A stretch of 61,019 nucleotides of DNA from a virus, in the IMG/VR virus record IMGVR_UViG_3300027908_000027, positions 1 to 61,019 of that record; one strand, written 5' to 3'. Positions within the stretch are counted from its first letter, which is position 1; every line of letters begins with the position of its first letter. Position numbers and translations under genes: made by a program. This document shows, in pieces, positions 22,524-31,727 of this stretch. Below the pieces are notes generated by a model. The model was not told where the DNA came from and ran no database searches. It was given only the letters and a program-made list of their open reading frames with translations.

Positions 22524-23189
22524 ATGTCAGGTACAATGCAAGTGCAGCCGGCCAATCTCTCGCGTGAGATGGCGATGAAGGCGCAGACAGACTTCATGAT
22601 GCGCGGGGGCACCTATGAGATTGCCCTGGCTCAGCATATGGCTACTGGCCATGTGCAGAAGCAGTACGTGTACCGCGAGTATCCAAAGATGCTCTACCTC
22701 AATCCGCGCGAGATCGAGGAAGTGCGGCTTGTTGACACATGCGACGGGCGCAAGCTCGAAAGCCGCGAAAAGCGTACGGTATTCGACCAGTTCGTAGTCC
22801 ATTCCGAAGAGGAAGAGGAGCGCGTGCTGGCTGGTGGACGTTCCAGCGTTGAGCTGGAAGAGGAGCGCCAGACACTATTTGCGCGCGCACGGGCGTTGAA
22901 CATCAAGGCTGATCCTGCGTGGTCCATCGTGCGCCTGAAGCGCGAAATGGGCGATGTGATGGACGCCGCGCCCGGCGATGAGATGGCAAAGCTTGAGGCT
23001 GAGCTGACGAACCTGCGCAAGCTGGCGGCCATGCAGAAGGAAATCGAGGATCTGCGGGCGCAATTGGGCTCGACGGCTGATGATCCTGCAGATTTGCGGT
23101 CGCAGCTTACGGCGTTGGGCGTGACGGTGGACAAGCGCTGGGGCACTGCGCGCCTGCGCGAGGAATTGGACCGCGCGACGGCTCCGTGA
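22524..23189 (+). CDS. Hypothetical head-associated protein with two HeH/SAP-like motifs
   Basis: Track ORF 22521..23189. ATG 22524 is preceded by GGAGG. Repeats KADPAWSIVRLKREM and VDKRWGTARLREEL. Confidence 0.6.
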   Translation: MSGTMQVQPANLSREMAMKAQTDFMMRGGTYEIALAQHMATGHVQKQYVYREYPKMLYLNPREIEEVRLVDTCDGRKLESREKRTVFDQFVVHSEEEEERVLAGGRSSVELEEERQTLFARARALNIKADPAWSIVRLKREMGDVMDAAPGDEMAKLEAELTNLRKLAAMQKEIEDLRAQLGSTADDPADLRSQLTALGVTVDKRWGTARLREELDRATAP

Positions 23190-23308
23190 TGGATGCGGAC
23201 GAATTCCAAGCTCTTGTTGACTGGTGGCGCGCTGAAGAAGCGGCGCGTGCGCTTGAGCAGCATGAGGAACTTATGCGTCTAGCTGGACGCGCTGACGAAT
23301 GTCCCTGA
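23189..23308 (+). CDS. Possible small ORF (39 aa)
   Basis: Hand translation MDADEFQALVDWWRAEEAARALEQHEELMRLAGRADECP. Overlaps both neighbours. Confidence 0.3.
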   Translation: MDADEFQALVDWWRAEEAARALEQHEELMRLAGRADECP

Positions 23309-24027
23309 CTACACCTCAGGATATCATCACTTTTGCCCTCAAAGCCATCGGCGTTATCGGCGTCGGGCAAACGGCGCTTGCTGAGGACAATAGCGACGCA
23401 TTCTCCGCTCTTAACGCCATGTTGGGGCAGTGGAGTCGGCGTCGTTGGCTGATCTGGCACTTGCTTGATGAGTCAGTGCCGACTACCGGGCAGAAGACCT
23501 ATACCGTGGGGCCCGGTGGTGACTTCAATGTGCCGCGGCCGGATCGGCTGGAGGCGGCCTACTTCGTGCAGCTCGTAAACAGCGAGCCCAATCAGGTGAG
23601 TTTCCCGCTCACGCTGCTGGAAAGCATGGAGGACTACGCGCAGATTGCACTGAAGGGCCTTGTTTCGTGGCCACAGGCGATTTTCTACGATCCAGCTATC
23701 CCGCTTGGCGTTGTCTATCCGGTTCCGATCCCGCAGGCCGATAACTACCAGCTGCACATCCTCATCAAAGACACGCTGGCGGCGTTCACGTCTTATTCGC
23801 AGGCGATCAATCTACCGCCCGAGTACTTTGAAGCGCTGTGGACCAATCTGGCTATCAGGTTGTGTGCGATTTATCCCGGCGCGGTCGCGGGTGATGAGGT
23901 TAAGGGGCTTGCGAAAGCGGCGCTGACGACAATTCGCCAAGAGAACGCTGCGGTGCCTCGTTTGCGGATGCCGCCGATTTTGGTGCGGCCGCCTTTGTAT
24001 AACATTTTCTCAGGCCAGACTTATTAG
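23299..24027 (+). CDS. Head-to-tail adaptor, P22 gp4-like
   Basis: DIITFALKAIGVIGVGQTALAEDNSDAFSALNAMLGQW parallels P22 gp4 [40 protein letters not shown]. Confidence 0.5.
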   Translation: MSLTTPQDIITFALKAIGVIGVGQTALAEDNSDAFSALNAMLGQWSRRRWLIWHLLDESVPTTGQKTYTVGPGGDFNVPRPDRLEAAYFVQLVNSEPNQVSFPLTLLESMEDYAQIALKGLVSWPQAIFYDPAIPLGVVYPVPIPQADNYQLHILIKDTLAAFTSYSQAINLPPEYFEALWTNLAIRLCAIYPGAVAGDEVKGLAKAALTTIRQENAAVPRLRMPPILVRPPLYNIFSGQTY

Positions 24028-24044
24028 AGGTTCAGGAGTAACCA

Positions 24045-25463
24045 ATGGCTAATATGGACCGCGCAAGCATTCTTGCAACGCGCGAGGCGATGCTCCGTCA
24101 ATGGGCAGAGGAAGATGCTGCGCGGTCGCGAGATCCAGCAGAACTGCTGTCTTTGCGTGCGGAATTGCGCAATGCTCGTGCTGCATTATTGCAGCGGTGG
24201 GCAGTAGAAGATGCCGCGAGGAGTGCGCGGCGGGCGGCTGAGTTGGCGCGGTTTGATCAGGGCATTGCGGATCATATTGAAGCTACAGGCATTCCCGATG
24301 AGACGACGATTGTAGGCGTTAACGCCGGATTAAATCTGTCTTCGGCAGCATCCGAGGCCACAATTATCGGTGACCATGCAGGCGGTTCGGGCGGCGTCGG
24401 CATGACGGGGCCTGAAAACACCCTCGTCGGATGGCATTCCGGCGCATTTATGACCAGCGGCCAATTCAATACTGCCGTTGGCGTTAACGCGATGGGAACC
24501 GAAACCACAGGCGTTAACAACGTCGCCGTTGGCACCGATGCCATGCGAGACACCACGTTGGCACAGAATAACGTGGCAGTCGGCGCCGGCGCGATGCGAG
24601 ATGGAACAAGTCAGCAAGGTAACGTCGCGATAGGTAGTGGGGCCCTAAAAGGCGCCGCAGATGAAAGTTCCACCGCGTCCAATAACGTAGTAATCGGCAC
24701 GAACGCAGCAAATGGTGCATCTCTGAGCACCGCTCAGAATAACGTCCTAATCGGTAACAATGCTGGTGCTGCGATTACGTCAGGCGCCTCCAACGTCGGT
24801 ATCGGCAATGGCGCTCTCATTGCCATTACCTCGGCCACGAATAGTGTGAGCGTTGGGGCTGGGGCCTTGGGGGCCGTGACCACGGGCGCGGGGAACACTG
24901 GTATCGGTCTCAGTGCTGGAGCCGCGATCACAACATTCGGGGACAATACGTTTCTCGGCCAAGCGGCGGGCATATCTTATACTGGCGGATCAGCGACTGG
25001 CCTCGGCTCTCACGCTCTAGCGGGGGCGACAGCTTCTGGGAACTTCAATCTTGCCATTGGCTTTACGACGGGAAATCACGTAACGACTGGCGCTTCCAAC
25101 ACTCTTATAGGTTCCAGAGTAGCTAGCACTACTCTTACCACCGGTTCGGATAACATCCTTATCGGAGTTGATAGTAACTGCGATGTTGGATCAGCCAGCG
25201 ACAGCAACACCCTGCGTATTCAAGGATCGGGGGCTACTCCTACCATTCTTGCTACCGCAACCAATGGTACGCCATTAGTCACTTTCCCAGGTGCCAGTGT
25301 TGCTATTGGAGCTACAGGTAACCCGACCATAACGTCAGGATCTGGTGCGCCAGCCGCAACACAGCCGAACGGTTCGATTTATCTTCGCACTGATGGGGCG
25401 GCCAACACTCGGCTATATGTGAGTGAAGGCGGGGGCACTTGGGCTGCCATTACATCAAGCTAA
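24045..25463 (+). CDS. Tail fibre with YadA-head (Hep_Hag)-like N-x-V-A-[IV]-G repeats
   Basis: About 10 repeats (NNVAVGTDAM, NNVAVGAGAM, GNVAIGSGAL, NNVVIGTNAA, NNVLIGNNAG, SNVGIGNGAL, NSVSVGAGAL, ...). C-terminus GSIYLRTDGAANTRLYV. Confidence 0.65.
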   Translation: MANMDRASILATREAMLRQWAEEDAARSRDPAELLSLRAELRNARAALLQRWAVEDAARSARRAAELARFDQGIADHIEATGIPDETTIVGVNAGLNLSSAASEATIIGDHAGGSGGVGMTGPENTLVGWHSGAFMTSGQFNTAVGVNAMGTETTGVNNVAVGTDAMRDTTLAQNNVAVGAGAMRDGTSQQGNVAIGSGALKGAADESSTASNNVVIGTNAANGASLSTAQNNVLIGNNAGAAITSGASNVGIGNGALIAITSATNSVSVGAGALGAVTTGAGNTGIGLSAGAAITTFGDNTFLGQAAGISYTGGSATGLGSHALAGATASGNFNLAIGFTTGNHVTTGASNTLIGSRVASTTLTTGSDNILIGVDSNCDVGSASDSNTLRIQGSGATPTILATATNGTPLVTFPGASVAIGATGNPTITSGSGAPAATQPNGSIYLRTDGAANTRLYVSEGGGTWAAITSS

Positions 25464-25479
25464 ATGGGGAATTGTATAT

Positions 25480-25953
25480 ATGTCCACCACACCTGATACC
25501 CTTGTCGTCACAGGACCGGTTCTGCAGCAAGTCAGCGTTGATCAGCTTTACGCTACTCCCCTTGGCGGCGCACAGACAAAGTTACAGAGCCTGTTGAATG
25601 GTGGCACCGTAGCGGCCGGTGGCTTGCTGGTGAACTTCTCCAGCATTACTCCGGCTGGCTCTACCGCAGCCACGGCGACCGTCATTAACGCCGTGACCAC
25701 ACAGCTTGGCACAGCGGCCAGCACAACGGGCGCGGTATTCCCGCCTGCTGGGCCGCTGGTTGGGCTCACACCTCCGCTGCTGATCATCAATGATGGCACT
25801 GCGGCGATCCACGTCTATGCCAACGGCACGGACACCATTGACAACACGGCTGGCACGACCGGCGTGACGCTGACCAACGCGCATCGCTGCTTCTTTACGC
25901 CCGTGGCTGCTGGCAAGTGGTCGTCTGGCCCAGAGGGCGGCGTTACGTCGTAA
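25480..25953 (+). CDS. Hypothetical structural protein (157 aa)
   Basis: Met20 of track ORF 25423..25953; Thr/Ala/Gly-rich beta-type sequence. Confidence 0.55.
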   Translation: MSTTPDTLVVTGPVLQQVSVDQLYATPLGGAQTKLQSLLNGGTVAAGGLLVNFSSITPAGSTAATATVINAVTTQLGTAASTTGAVFPPAGPLVGLTPPLLIINDGTAAIHVYANGTDTIDNTAGTTGVTLTNAHRCFFTPVAAGKWSSGPEGGVTS

Positions 25954-26122
25954 GTGGTCGCTCAGCGCGCTTTGTTGCCGCAAATTCTGCGGATTCTTTA
26001 TTCAGCCTTTCCCAGATTTGGGACGAGATAGGGAAGTCTTTTTTCATGTCGCCGCATGATTCGGTCGCGGTGAATGAGTAAAGAAGCCAGATCTCGTTTT
26101 CTAACTCGGCTGTGAGTTCCAA
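25943..26122 (-). CDS. Possible antisense small ORF (59 aa) in an AT-rich island
   Basis: TTG start 7 nt after GGAG. (M)ELTAELENEIWLLYSFTATESCGDMKKDFPISSQIWERLNKESAEFAATKRAERPLTT. Below the track cutoff. Confidence 0.3.
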   Translation of the reverse strand: MELTAELENEIWLLYSFTATESCGDMKKDFPISSQIWERLNKESAEFAATKRAERPLTT

Positions 26123-26158
26123 GGCTACGCTCCATTATGTCAATGCCGGCAATTTAAA

Positions 26159-27769
26159 TTGCGCATCTCCCTAACGCAAGGCGCCTACTCCACTCGCTCG
26201 ATTATTGCGAGCGCTCAGCGCTGCGTGAACCTCTATCCTGAGTCGAATCCCTCCGGCACTATCCTTGAGCTACAGGCCGCCAGCGGCGCGTCCCCATACG
26301 CCACTGGTGGCTCATCCTCAGTCGGCGCTCCCCGGACTTACTATCCGGCTCCTGGCTTGCGTCCGTTGGCTTCCCCGCCTACCGCAGGCCCAGCGCGCGG
26401 GTTGTACTGGGCGAACTCCGGCCAGCTTTTCTACGTGTGCGGGACCAGCGTTTATATCGTCGCGTCCAACTGGACGATGACCAACATTGGTTCGATTGCC
26501 TATCGCACAACGCCGGTTTCGATGGCCGATAATGGTTCAACGCTGGTGCTGGTTGACGGGACTACGGCAGGTTATCAGGTGCGTTTCGGTACCAGCACGC
26601 TTGTCCCCATCAGTGAATCAACCAACTCGCCAACCGTAAGTGGCGCCGTGTTCGCCTTTTATGGTGCCGATCGCGCCGATGTGCTGGACGGGTATTTACT
26701 GTTCAATCAGCCTGGCACGCGGAATTTCTATTCGACATACAACAACGAAGTCGTGTTTGACGCGCTATTTTTCGCTGCGAAGAACGGCTACTCGGACAAC
26801 CTGGTTGCCGTTGCCGTAACGCGCCGTGAGATCTGGCTGATTGGCCAGCGCACCACGGAAGTCTGGTATGACGCAGGCGGTGCGGCTTTTCCGTTTCAGA
26901 TCATTCCCGGTCCGTTTGTCCAGCATGGATGCGTGGCTAAGTATTCGATCGCGCAGGTTGACGGCTCCGTATTCTTTCTTTCGCAGGACCAAGCCGGACA
27001 GAACATCCTTCTGCGCACGCAGGGCAATGAGGTTGTGCGCACTTCGAACCATGCGATTGAGACCGAGTGGAGCACTTACGCGACCACGACGGATGCGGTT
27101 GGGTTTTGTTTTCAGCAGAACGGCCATCCTTTTTATCAGATTAATTTCCCGACTGCCGATAAGTCATGGCGCTACGATCAGTCTACTGACGAGTGGCATG
27201 AGCCAGTGTGGCTGGATGATGAAGGTGTTGAGCATCGCCATCGCGCCCAGGTTGCGGCGTTCGCATACGGCGTGAACGTGGTTGCTGATTGGCAGACCGG
27301 CGATCTGTATGCGCTTGATCCGACTGTATACACGGATGCCGGCGCTCCTATGTATTGGGAGCGCGGATGGCCGCACCTCATGAACGATGGGAAGCGCGTG
27401 CGCTATACGGCGTTCACTGCAGATATGGAGTGCGGGGATTATACGGGCTATCCGTGGATGCCGCGTCCTGATGCGCCTACTGGGCCGAGTGATATTGGCG
27501 ATTTTATCATCGGTCTTAGCCCTATTGGTGGTGTGGCGCCGTTTATTCCGGACCAGCCTACGGCGCAGCTTTCCTGGAGTGATGATCGGGGGCGCACCTT
27601 TGGCAATCCAGTGCAGCAAACAGTTGGCGCTACTGGAAAGTATCTGACGCAGCCAAAATGGAACCGCTTGGGGATGGCGCGAGATCGCGTGTTCAAGCTG
27701 TCTGGTACTGTGCCGGGTCCTATGGCGTTGAACGGGGCGTTTATTGAAGTGCAGGGATTGGCAACGTGA
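26159..27769 (+). CDS. Tail hub / packaged-DNA stabilisation protein (P22 gp10-like)
   Basis: 536 aa. N-terminus LTQGAYSTRSIIASAQRCVNLYPE is typical of gp10-type stabilisation proteins. Lies downstream of the gp4-like gene. TTG start. Confidence 0.5.
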   Translation: MRISLTQGAYSTRSIIASAQRCVNLYPESNPSGTILELQAASGASPYATGGSSSVGAPRTYYPAPGLRPLASPPTAGPARGLYWANSGQLFYVCGTSVYIVASNWTMTNIGSIAYRTTPVSMADNGSTLVLVDGTTAGYQVRFGTSTLVPISESTNSPTVSGAVFAFYGADRADVLDGYLLFNQPGTRNFYSTYNNEVVFDALFFAAKNGYSDNLVAVAVTRREIWLIGQRTTEVWYDAGGAAFPFQIIPGPFVQHGCVAKYSIAQVDGSVFFLSQDQAGQNILLRTQGNEVVRTSNHAIETEWSTYATTTDAVGFCFQQNGHPFYQINFPTADKSWRYDQSTDEWHEPVWLDDEGVEHRHRAQVAAFAYGVNVVADWQTGDLYALDPTVYTDAGAPMYWERGWPHLMNDGKRVRYTAFTADMECGDYTGYPWMPRPDAPTGPSDIGDFIIGLSPIGGVAPFIPDQPTAQLSWSDDRGRTFGNPVQQTVGATGKYLTQPKWNRLGMARDRVFKLSGTVPGPMALNGAFIEVQGLAT

Positions 27770-29724
27770 AGCGACTGCTGGCAGCATTGCTGGGGAGCTT
27801 GTGGGCCGTTTCTGCTTTTGCTCAGTCATCTCCTGGTTTTGTCCAGGGGCAAATTCCAAGCGCGCCGCAGTGGAACGGGTATTTCACCGGGAAGCTGGAT
27901 GTTAACAACGGCTGGGCTACAGGGCTGACGCTGAATGGTGGCGCGCTCAGTGGGTCTTTATCGGGAACGCCGACGATTACTGGATCGTGGTTATTTAATG
28001 CTGCGCCTAACCTTGCCGCAGGCGCGACGTTGAGCGGCACGCTAGCGGGTAGCCCTACAGCAAGCGGTTCTTGGAAGTTTGCGAACCCGCTAGCAATCGG
28101 CATCTCCGGCACCAACAACACATTGACCGTTACGCCGGGGCTAGGTCCGACCCAGCCGATTGATCTGACGCAGAGCGGGACTGGAGGTGTTGTTATCGCG
28201 CCGGAGCTGTTCCTGACTGGCGCGGGCACGGGGCTGTTGGTGACGAATGCGACAACATTGAGCGGAGGTGGTGCCTTCAGCGGCACGTTCTCTGGCAACC
28301 ACACCTATTCGGGTGTCGTCACGTTTTCCGGTGGGGTCGGCGGTACGCTGGCGGGAAACATTGTCGAGGTGAACAGCATCAACACCTACGGCAATACGAT
28401 CACGTTGTCTGGCTCGACTGTCCCGACCTACATGGGGAAATATGTAGCCAATTGGGCTGGGACATCGACGGTTGCTGGCAATACCAGCCTAGCGGCGTTC
28501 AACATCGGCACCGCGTCAGACAATGCAGCGATTGCGAATGGAACGCGTAATGAACTGCTGATCACCGGGAACTATGGCGGCGGGACCTTCGACGGATTCC
28601 GCCAAGGCGTCATGGTGCAGATGAACTTTAACACCGCATCGACTCTATCGAGTTCAACTGGAGGCGCAGGCGGCCTGGAATCCAAGGTTGTTCCGAGCGC
28701 TAATTTCGGAGGTTCGTCAGCGAGCAATCTGAAGGGGGCATTCTTCGGGGCTAATCCATGGGCCGATTGCAAAACAGGCGCGACGTTCCTGTCTCAGTGC
28801 GTCGGCACAGAAATCGACGTTGCTCTCCAGACGGGAGCGAGCGCGGGCAATGTCACTGGGTTGCAGGTTGTTCTTACATCCGACCACGCGACACACGGAA
28901 TCTTTGCGGATAACGGCTATGCGCTGGTGGCGCAGTCCGCCGCTACGGCCGGTCTCCGCAAGGGGTTTGTTATTGGCTCGTACCAAGCCACATGGCCGAT
29001 AGACCCCAATGGGTATCTGTATCCGATCGAGACCAGCAGCAACTACAGCGTGAACCCAGATTTAGCGGCTGGTGGTAACGATTATCTTCAGGTCACGTTT
29101 AACGGTTCAGGCGCGAACGGTGGGAATTTCGCCTTTCGCACACAGGGTGCGTCCAGCAGCGTGTCAGCGACGGCAATTGATGGCCTCGGCGCGCTCAAGC
29201 TTGGCTCGGCTTATTTGAATCCATCGTCAGCATCGACGCTAACGCTCGACACCGGCTTATTTGCCTTCAATGGGATTTCCTCGGTCGTCAGTGGGGGCAC
29301 GAACTTCACGACTGGCGATCTTGTGGACGATGGTTATGGAAATATCTTTTCGGTCACGGCGTCTGCTGGTGTCGTCTCGTCTCTTGCCCTGAAGTATCGG
29401 GCGGAAGGGCGCACTTCGGCTCCAGCGGTTTCTTCCTTGGCGTTCAACACTCTCATGAACACGGCCAATGGCACGACGCGGGGCTCTGGCCTGACTGTGA
29501 CGGAGAACGCTTGGACCCAACAAGGTACGACGCTGAACTTTGGTACGACGACAGCCACCACGCTCAATATAGGCCGTAGCGCGGGGAGCCTTGGCTTCTA
29601 CGGAGCCACGGCAATCGTAAAGGCGACACCAACCGGTGCATGCGCAGGCAACACTGGATGTCAAGCGCTGCGTGACGCGCTGGGCAATCTGGGGCTTATT
29701 AACACCGGGAGCATCACGAATTGA
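27766..29724 (+). CDS. Tail fibre-like protein with signal-peptide-like N-terminus
   Basis: MKRLLAALLGSLWAVSAFA/QSS, then GFVQGQIPSAPQWNGYFTGKLDVNNG (fibre N-terminal type motif). GTGA overlap with the upstream gene. Confidence 0.6.
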   Translation: MKRLLAALLGSLWAVSAFAQSSPGFVQGQIPSAPQWNGYFTGKLDVNNGWATGLTLNGGALSGSLSGTPTITGSWLFNAAPNLAAGATLSGTLAGSPTASGSWKFANPLAIGISGTNNTLTVTPGLGPTQPIDLTQSGTGGVVIAPELFLTGAGTGLLVTNATTLSGGGAFSGTFSGNHTYSGVVTFSGGVGGTLAGNIVEVNSINTYGNTITLSGSTVPTYMGKYVANWAGTSTVAGNTSLAAFNIGTASDNAAIANGTRNELLITGNYGGGTFDGFRQGVMVQMNFNTASTLSSSTGGAGGLESKVVPSANFGGSSASNLKGAFFGANPWADCKTGATFLSQCVGTEIDVALQTGASAGNVTGLQVVLTSDHATHGIFADNGYALVAQSAATAGLRKGFVIGSYQATWPIDPNGYLYPIETSSNYSVNPDLAAGGNDYLQVTFNGSGANGGNFAFRTQGASSSVSATAIDGLGALKLGSAYLNPSSASTLTLDTGLFAFNGISSVVSGGTNFTTGDLVDDGYGNIFSVTASAGVVSSLALKYRAEGRTSAPAVSSLAFNTLMNTANGTTRGSGLTVTENAWTQQGTTLNFGTTTATTLNIGRSAGSLGFYGATAIVKATPTGACAGNTGCQALRDALGNLGLINTGSITN

Positions 29725-29948
29725 AGCAAGTCCTTCTCGCGGCCGCCCTCGCGCTGGCGCCAACGCTAGCCTTCGCACAAGAGGCGCCGAACGCTCAAGC
29801 TTCAGCGGCGCAATCAGCGGTCATGGATCAGTTCCAGTTGCTGATTGCCAAGAATGCCCAGATTGCCGCGCTTCAAGCGCAGGTTTCTGACCTACAGGCC
29901 AAGCTGACAGCGGCCACAAAACCCGTCGAGGCTCCTTCGTCCAAATGA
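29721..29948 (+). CDS. Small coiled-coil protein with signal peptide
   Basis: MKQVLLAAALALAPTLAFA/QEA, then a heptad-like segment IAALQAQVSDLQAKL. TTG overlaps the upstream TGA. Confidence 0.5.
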   Translation: MKQVLLAAALALAPTLAFAQEAPNAQASAAQSAVMDQFQLLIAKNAQIAALQAQVSDLQAKLTAATKPVEAPSSK

Positions 29949-30322
29949 GCGCCACCGTCACTCCGGCACAAATCCAGATCCAGCTACCGCCGCCAGAGGT
30001 CCCGTTTACGGATCGGCGTGGCTATCTGATGCGTGAGTGGCGTTATGTGCTGATTGGTTTGCTCCAGCGTACCGGTGGCGGCTCGGGCGGCGATTTCGCG
30101 ACGCTTCAGGGGGAGATCAATGATCTCGGCGTGCTGGTTGGCGTGGATTCCGTTCCGCCGCCCGGTGCGGCCTTTCCCGATCCTTTGACGGCAATGTTGG
30201 CGATGCCGCCCGCTGTCCCCGCTGCATTGAACCCTTTCAACCCTACGATGATTCCACCGCCTGACCGCGTGATTTTCGACCAAGCGGTGTTGCTTGCACA
30301 GGCCATACAGGTACCGGAATGA
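29945..30322 (+). CDS. Hypothetical tail-module protein (125 aa)
   Basis: Track ORF; ATGA overlap; Pro-rich C-terminal half. Confidence 0.55.
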   Translation: MSATVTPAQIQIQLPPPEVPFTDRRGYLMREWRYVLIGLLQRTGGGSGGDFATLQGEINDLGVLVGVDSVPPPGAAFPDPLTAMLAMPPAVPAALNPFNPTMIPPPDRVIFDQAVLLAQAIQVPE

Positions 30323-30666
30323 GTATTACGCCGACCACTCTTCAACCGGGCATCGTTCTCGCTAATGGAACGCCGGGCGCTCTGATTACGGGTGCGGTAA
30401 ACGCTACGACAGTGATTACCCGTGCAGTGGCGTCGAACGTCTCGGGGGGCGCCGTTACGTTGACGCTTTACCGGGTGCCAAGTGGTGGTGCTCCGGGCGC
30501 TGGGAATGCCATTGTTAATGGTCGTTCGATTGCGGCTTCCCCTACGACCGACCTATGCCCCGAGCTTGCTGGCATGGTGTTAGCACCGGGAGACACGATC
30601 CAAGGTGACGCAAACGCTGCGAGCGCCATTAACTTTTTTGCCAGCGGGTACACGGTTACGACGTGA
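30319..30666 (+). CDS. Hypothetical tail-module protein (115 aa)
   Basis: Track ORF; ATGA overlap. Confidence 0.55.
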   Translation: MSITPTTLQPGIVLANGTPGALITGAVNATTVITRAVASNVSGGAVTLTLYRVPSGGAPGAGNAIVNGRSIAASPTTDLCPELAGMVLAPGDTIQGDANAASAINFFASGYTVTT

Positions 30667-31727
30667 CCGCGCCGTTTGTCATTTATGCGCTACCGCGAAG
30701 CCGCACCTACTGGCTTTCGCGCTTCCTCACGTATGGTGAATGGACGTGCGGCCATGATGAAATCCGGCATTTGCGGTCGCTCCATGATGCGCGTGCGTGG
30801 TTTGAGCAGGCGCGCGTGGGCACTATTGAGACCGCAGCAGCGCCTTTCTGGCGTTCGCTGCGTGAATATGCGCCAGAAGCCAGAATTGCGGTAGTCCGAC
30901 GCCCCGTAGAGGATGTGTTGGAAAGCCTGAGCGGGATTGGACTGCAATTCGATCCGGCGTTTATGCGGAGCCACCTTACGCGACTTGATTGTAAGCTGGA
31001 TCAGATCGAAGCGCGTGTTCCTGAGTGTCTGTCACTGACGTTTAATGAACTGCAAACTGTGGCGGGATGCGTCAAGATATTCGAGCATTGCCTGCCGTAT
31101 AGGTTTGACGCTGGCTGGTGGTCACACCTCGCGCCAATCAATCTGCAGATCAACTTCGCAGCGATGCTGCGTTACTATCGAGCATATCAACCTCAGCTAG
31201 AAAAGCTTGCGCTTACCGCCAAACAACGAACATTGGCTGCGATGGTGCGTAAGCCGGCCGAAATGGACGGTGTGACCATTCAGGCTGAGCCGTTCGACAC
31301 ATTTTATCAAGACGGCCACGGGCTATTTGCTGAACATTTGGTTCAGGTCGGGGAAGCGCCGGACGCTTTTGCCGAGAAGAATATTGAGCTGATGCAGGTT
31401 TTGGACCGGCTGGGGTGCATGCACATTGTTACCGCTCGCAGCAACGGACGCATGTTCGGTTATCTGATGTCGATATTAAGTCCGTCGCTTGAGAAGCGCG
31501 ATCTGATGACGGCAGTGCAAACAGCATTTTATGTATCGCCTGATTTTCGCGGGTTAGGGCCGAAGATGCAGCGCTGGTCAATTGATGATCTGCGCAGTCG
31601 TGGGGTTGGCGAGATTTATATGCGAGCCGGCACACGTGGCTCGGGACCTCGGATGGGATCTTTGTACCGCCGGATGGGCGCGACGAACACCGGCGAGCTT
31701 TTCATGATTGATTTGAAAGCAGCTTAA
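30663..31727 (+). CDS. Two-domain enzyme: sulfotransferase-like N-domain fused to a GNAT acetyltransferase-like C-domain
   Basis: YALPRSRTYWLSRFL (compare the 5'-PSB loop PKSGTTW) and VVRRPVEDVLES (compare the 3'-PB R-D/N-P..) in the N-domain. FYVSPDFRGLGPKMQRWSIDDLRSRGVGEIYM (GNAT motif A-like) in the C-domain. Confidence 0.55.
   Translation: MTAPFVIYALPRSRTYWLSRFLTYGEWTCGHDEIRHLRSLHDARAWFEQARVGTIETAAAPFWRSLREYAPEARIAVVRRPVEDVLESLSGIGLQFDPAFMRSHLTRLDCKLDQIEARVPECLSLTFNELQTVAGCVKIFEHCLPYRFDAGWWSHLAPINLQINFAAMLRYYRAYQPQLEKLALTAKQRTLAAMVRKPAEMDGVTIQAEPFDTFYQDGHGLFAEHLVQVGEAPDAFAEKNIELMQVLDRLGCMHIVTARSNGRMFGYLMSILSPSLEKRDLMTAVQTAFYVSPDFRGLGPKMQRWSIDDLRSRGVGEIYMRAGTRGSGPRMGSLYRRMGATNTGELFMIDLKAA

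Noticed and set aside
25975-26002. Hairpin CCGCA-aattc-TGCGG followed by ATTCTTTATT after gene 25480..25953 as a terminator
   Set aside because: The stem is only 5 bp and the T-tract is interrupted. It also lies within the possible antisense ORF. It is too weak to call.
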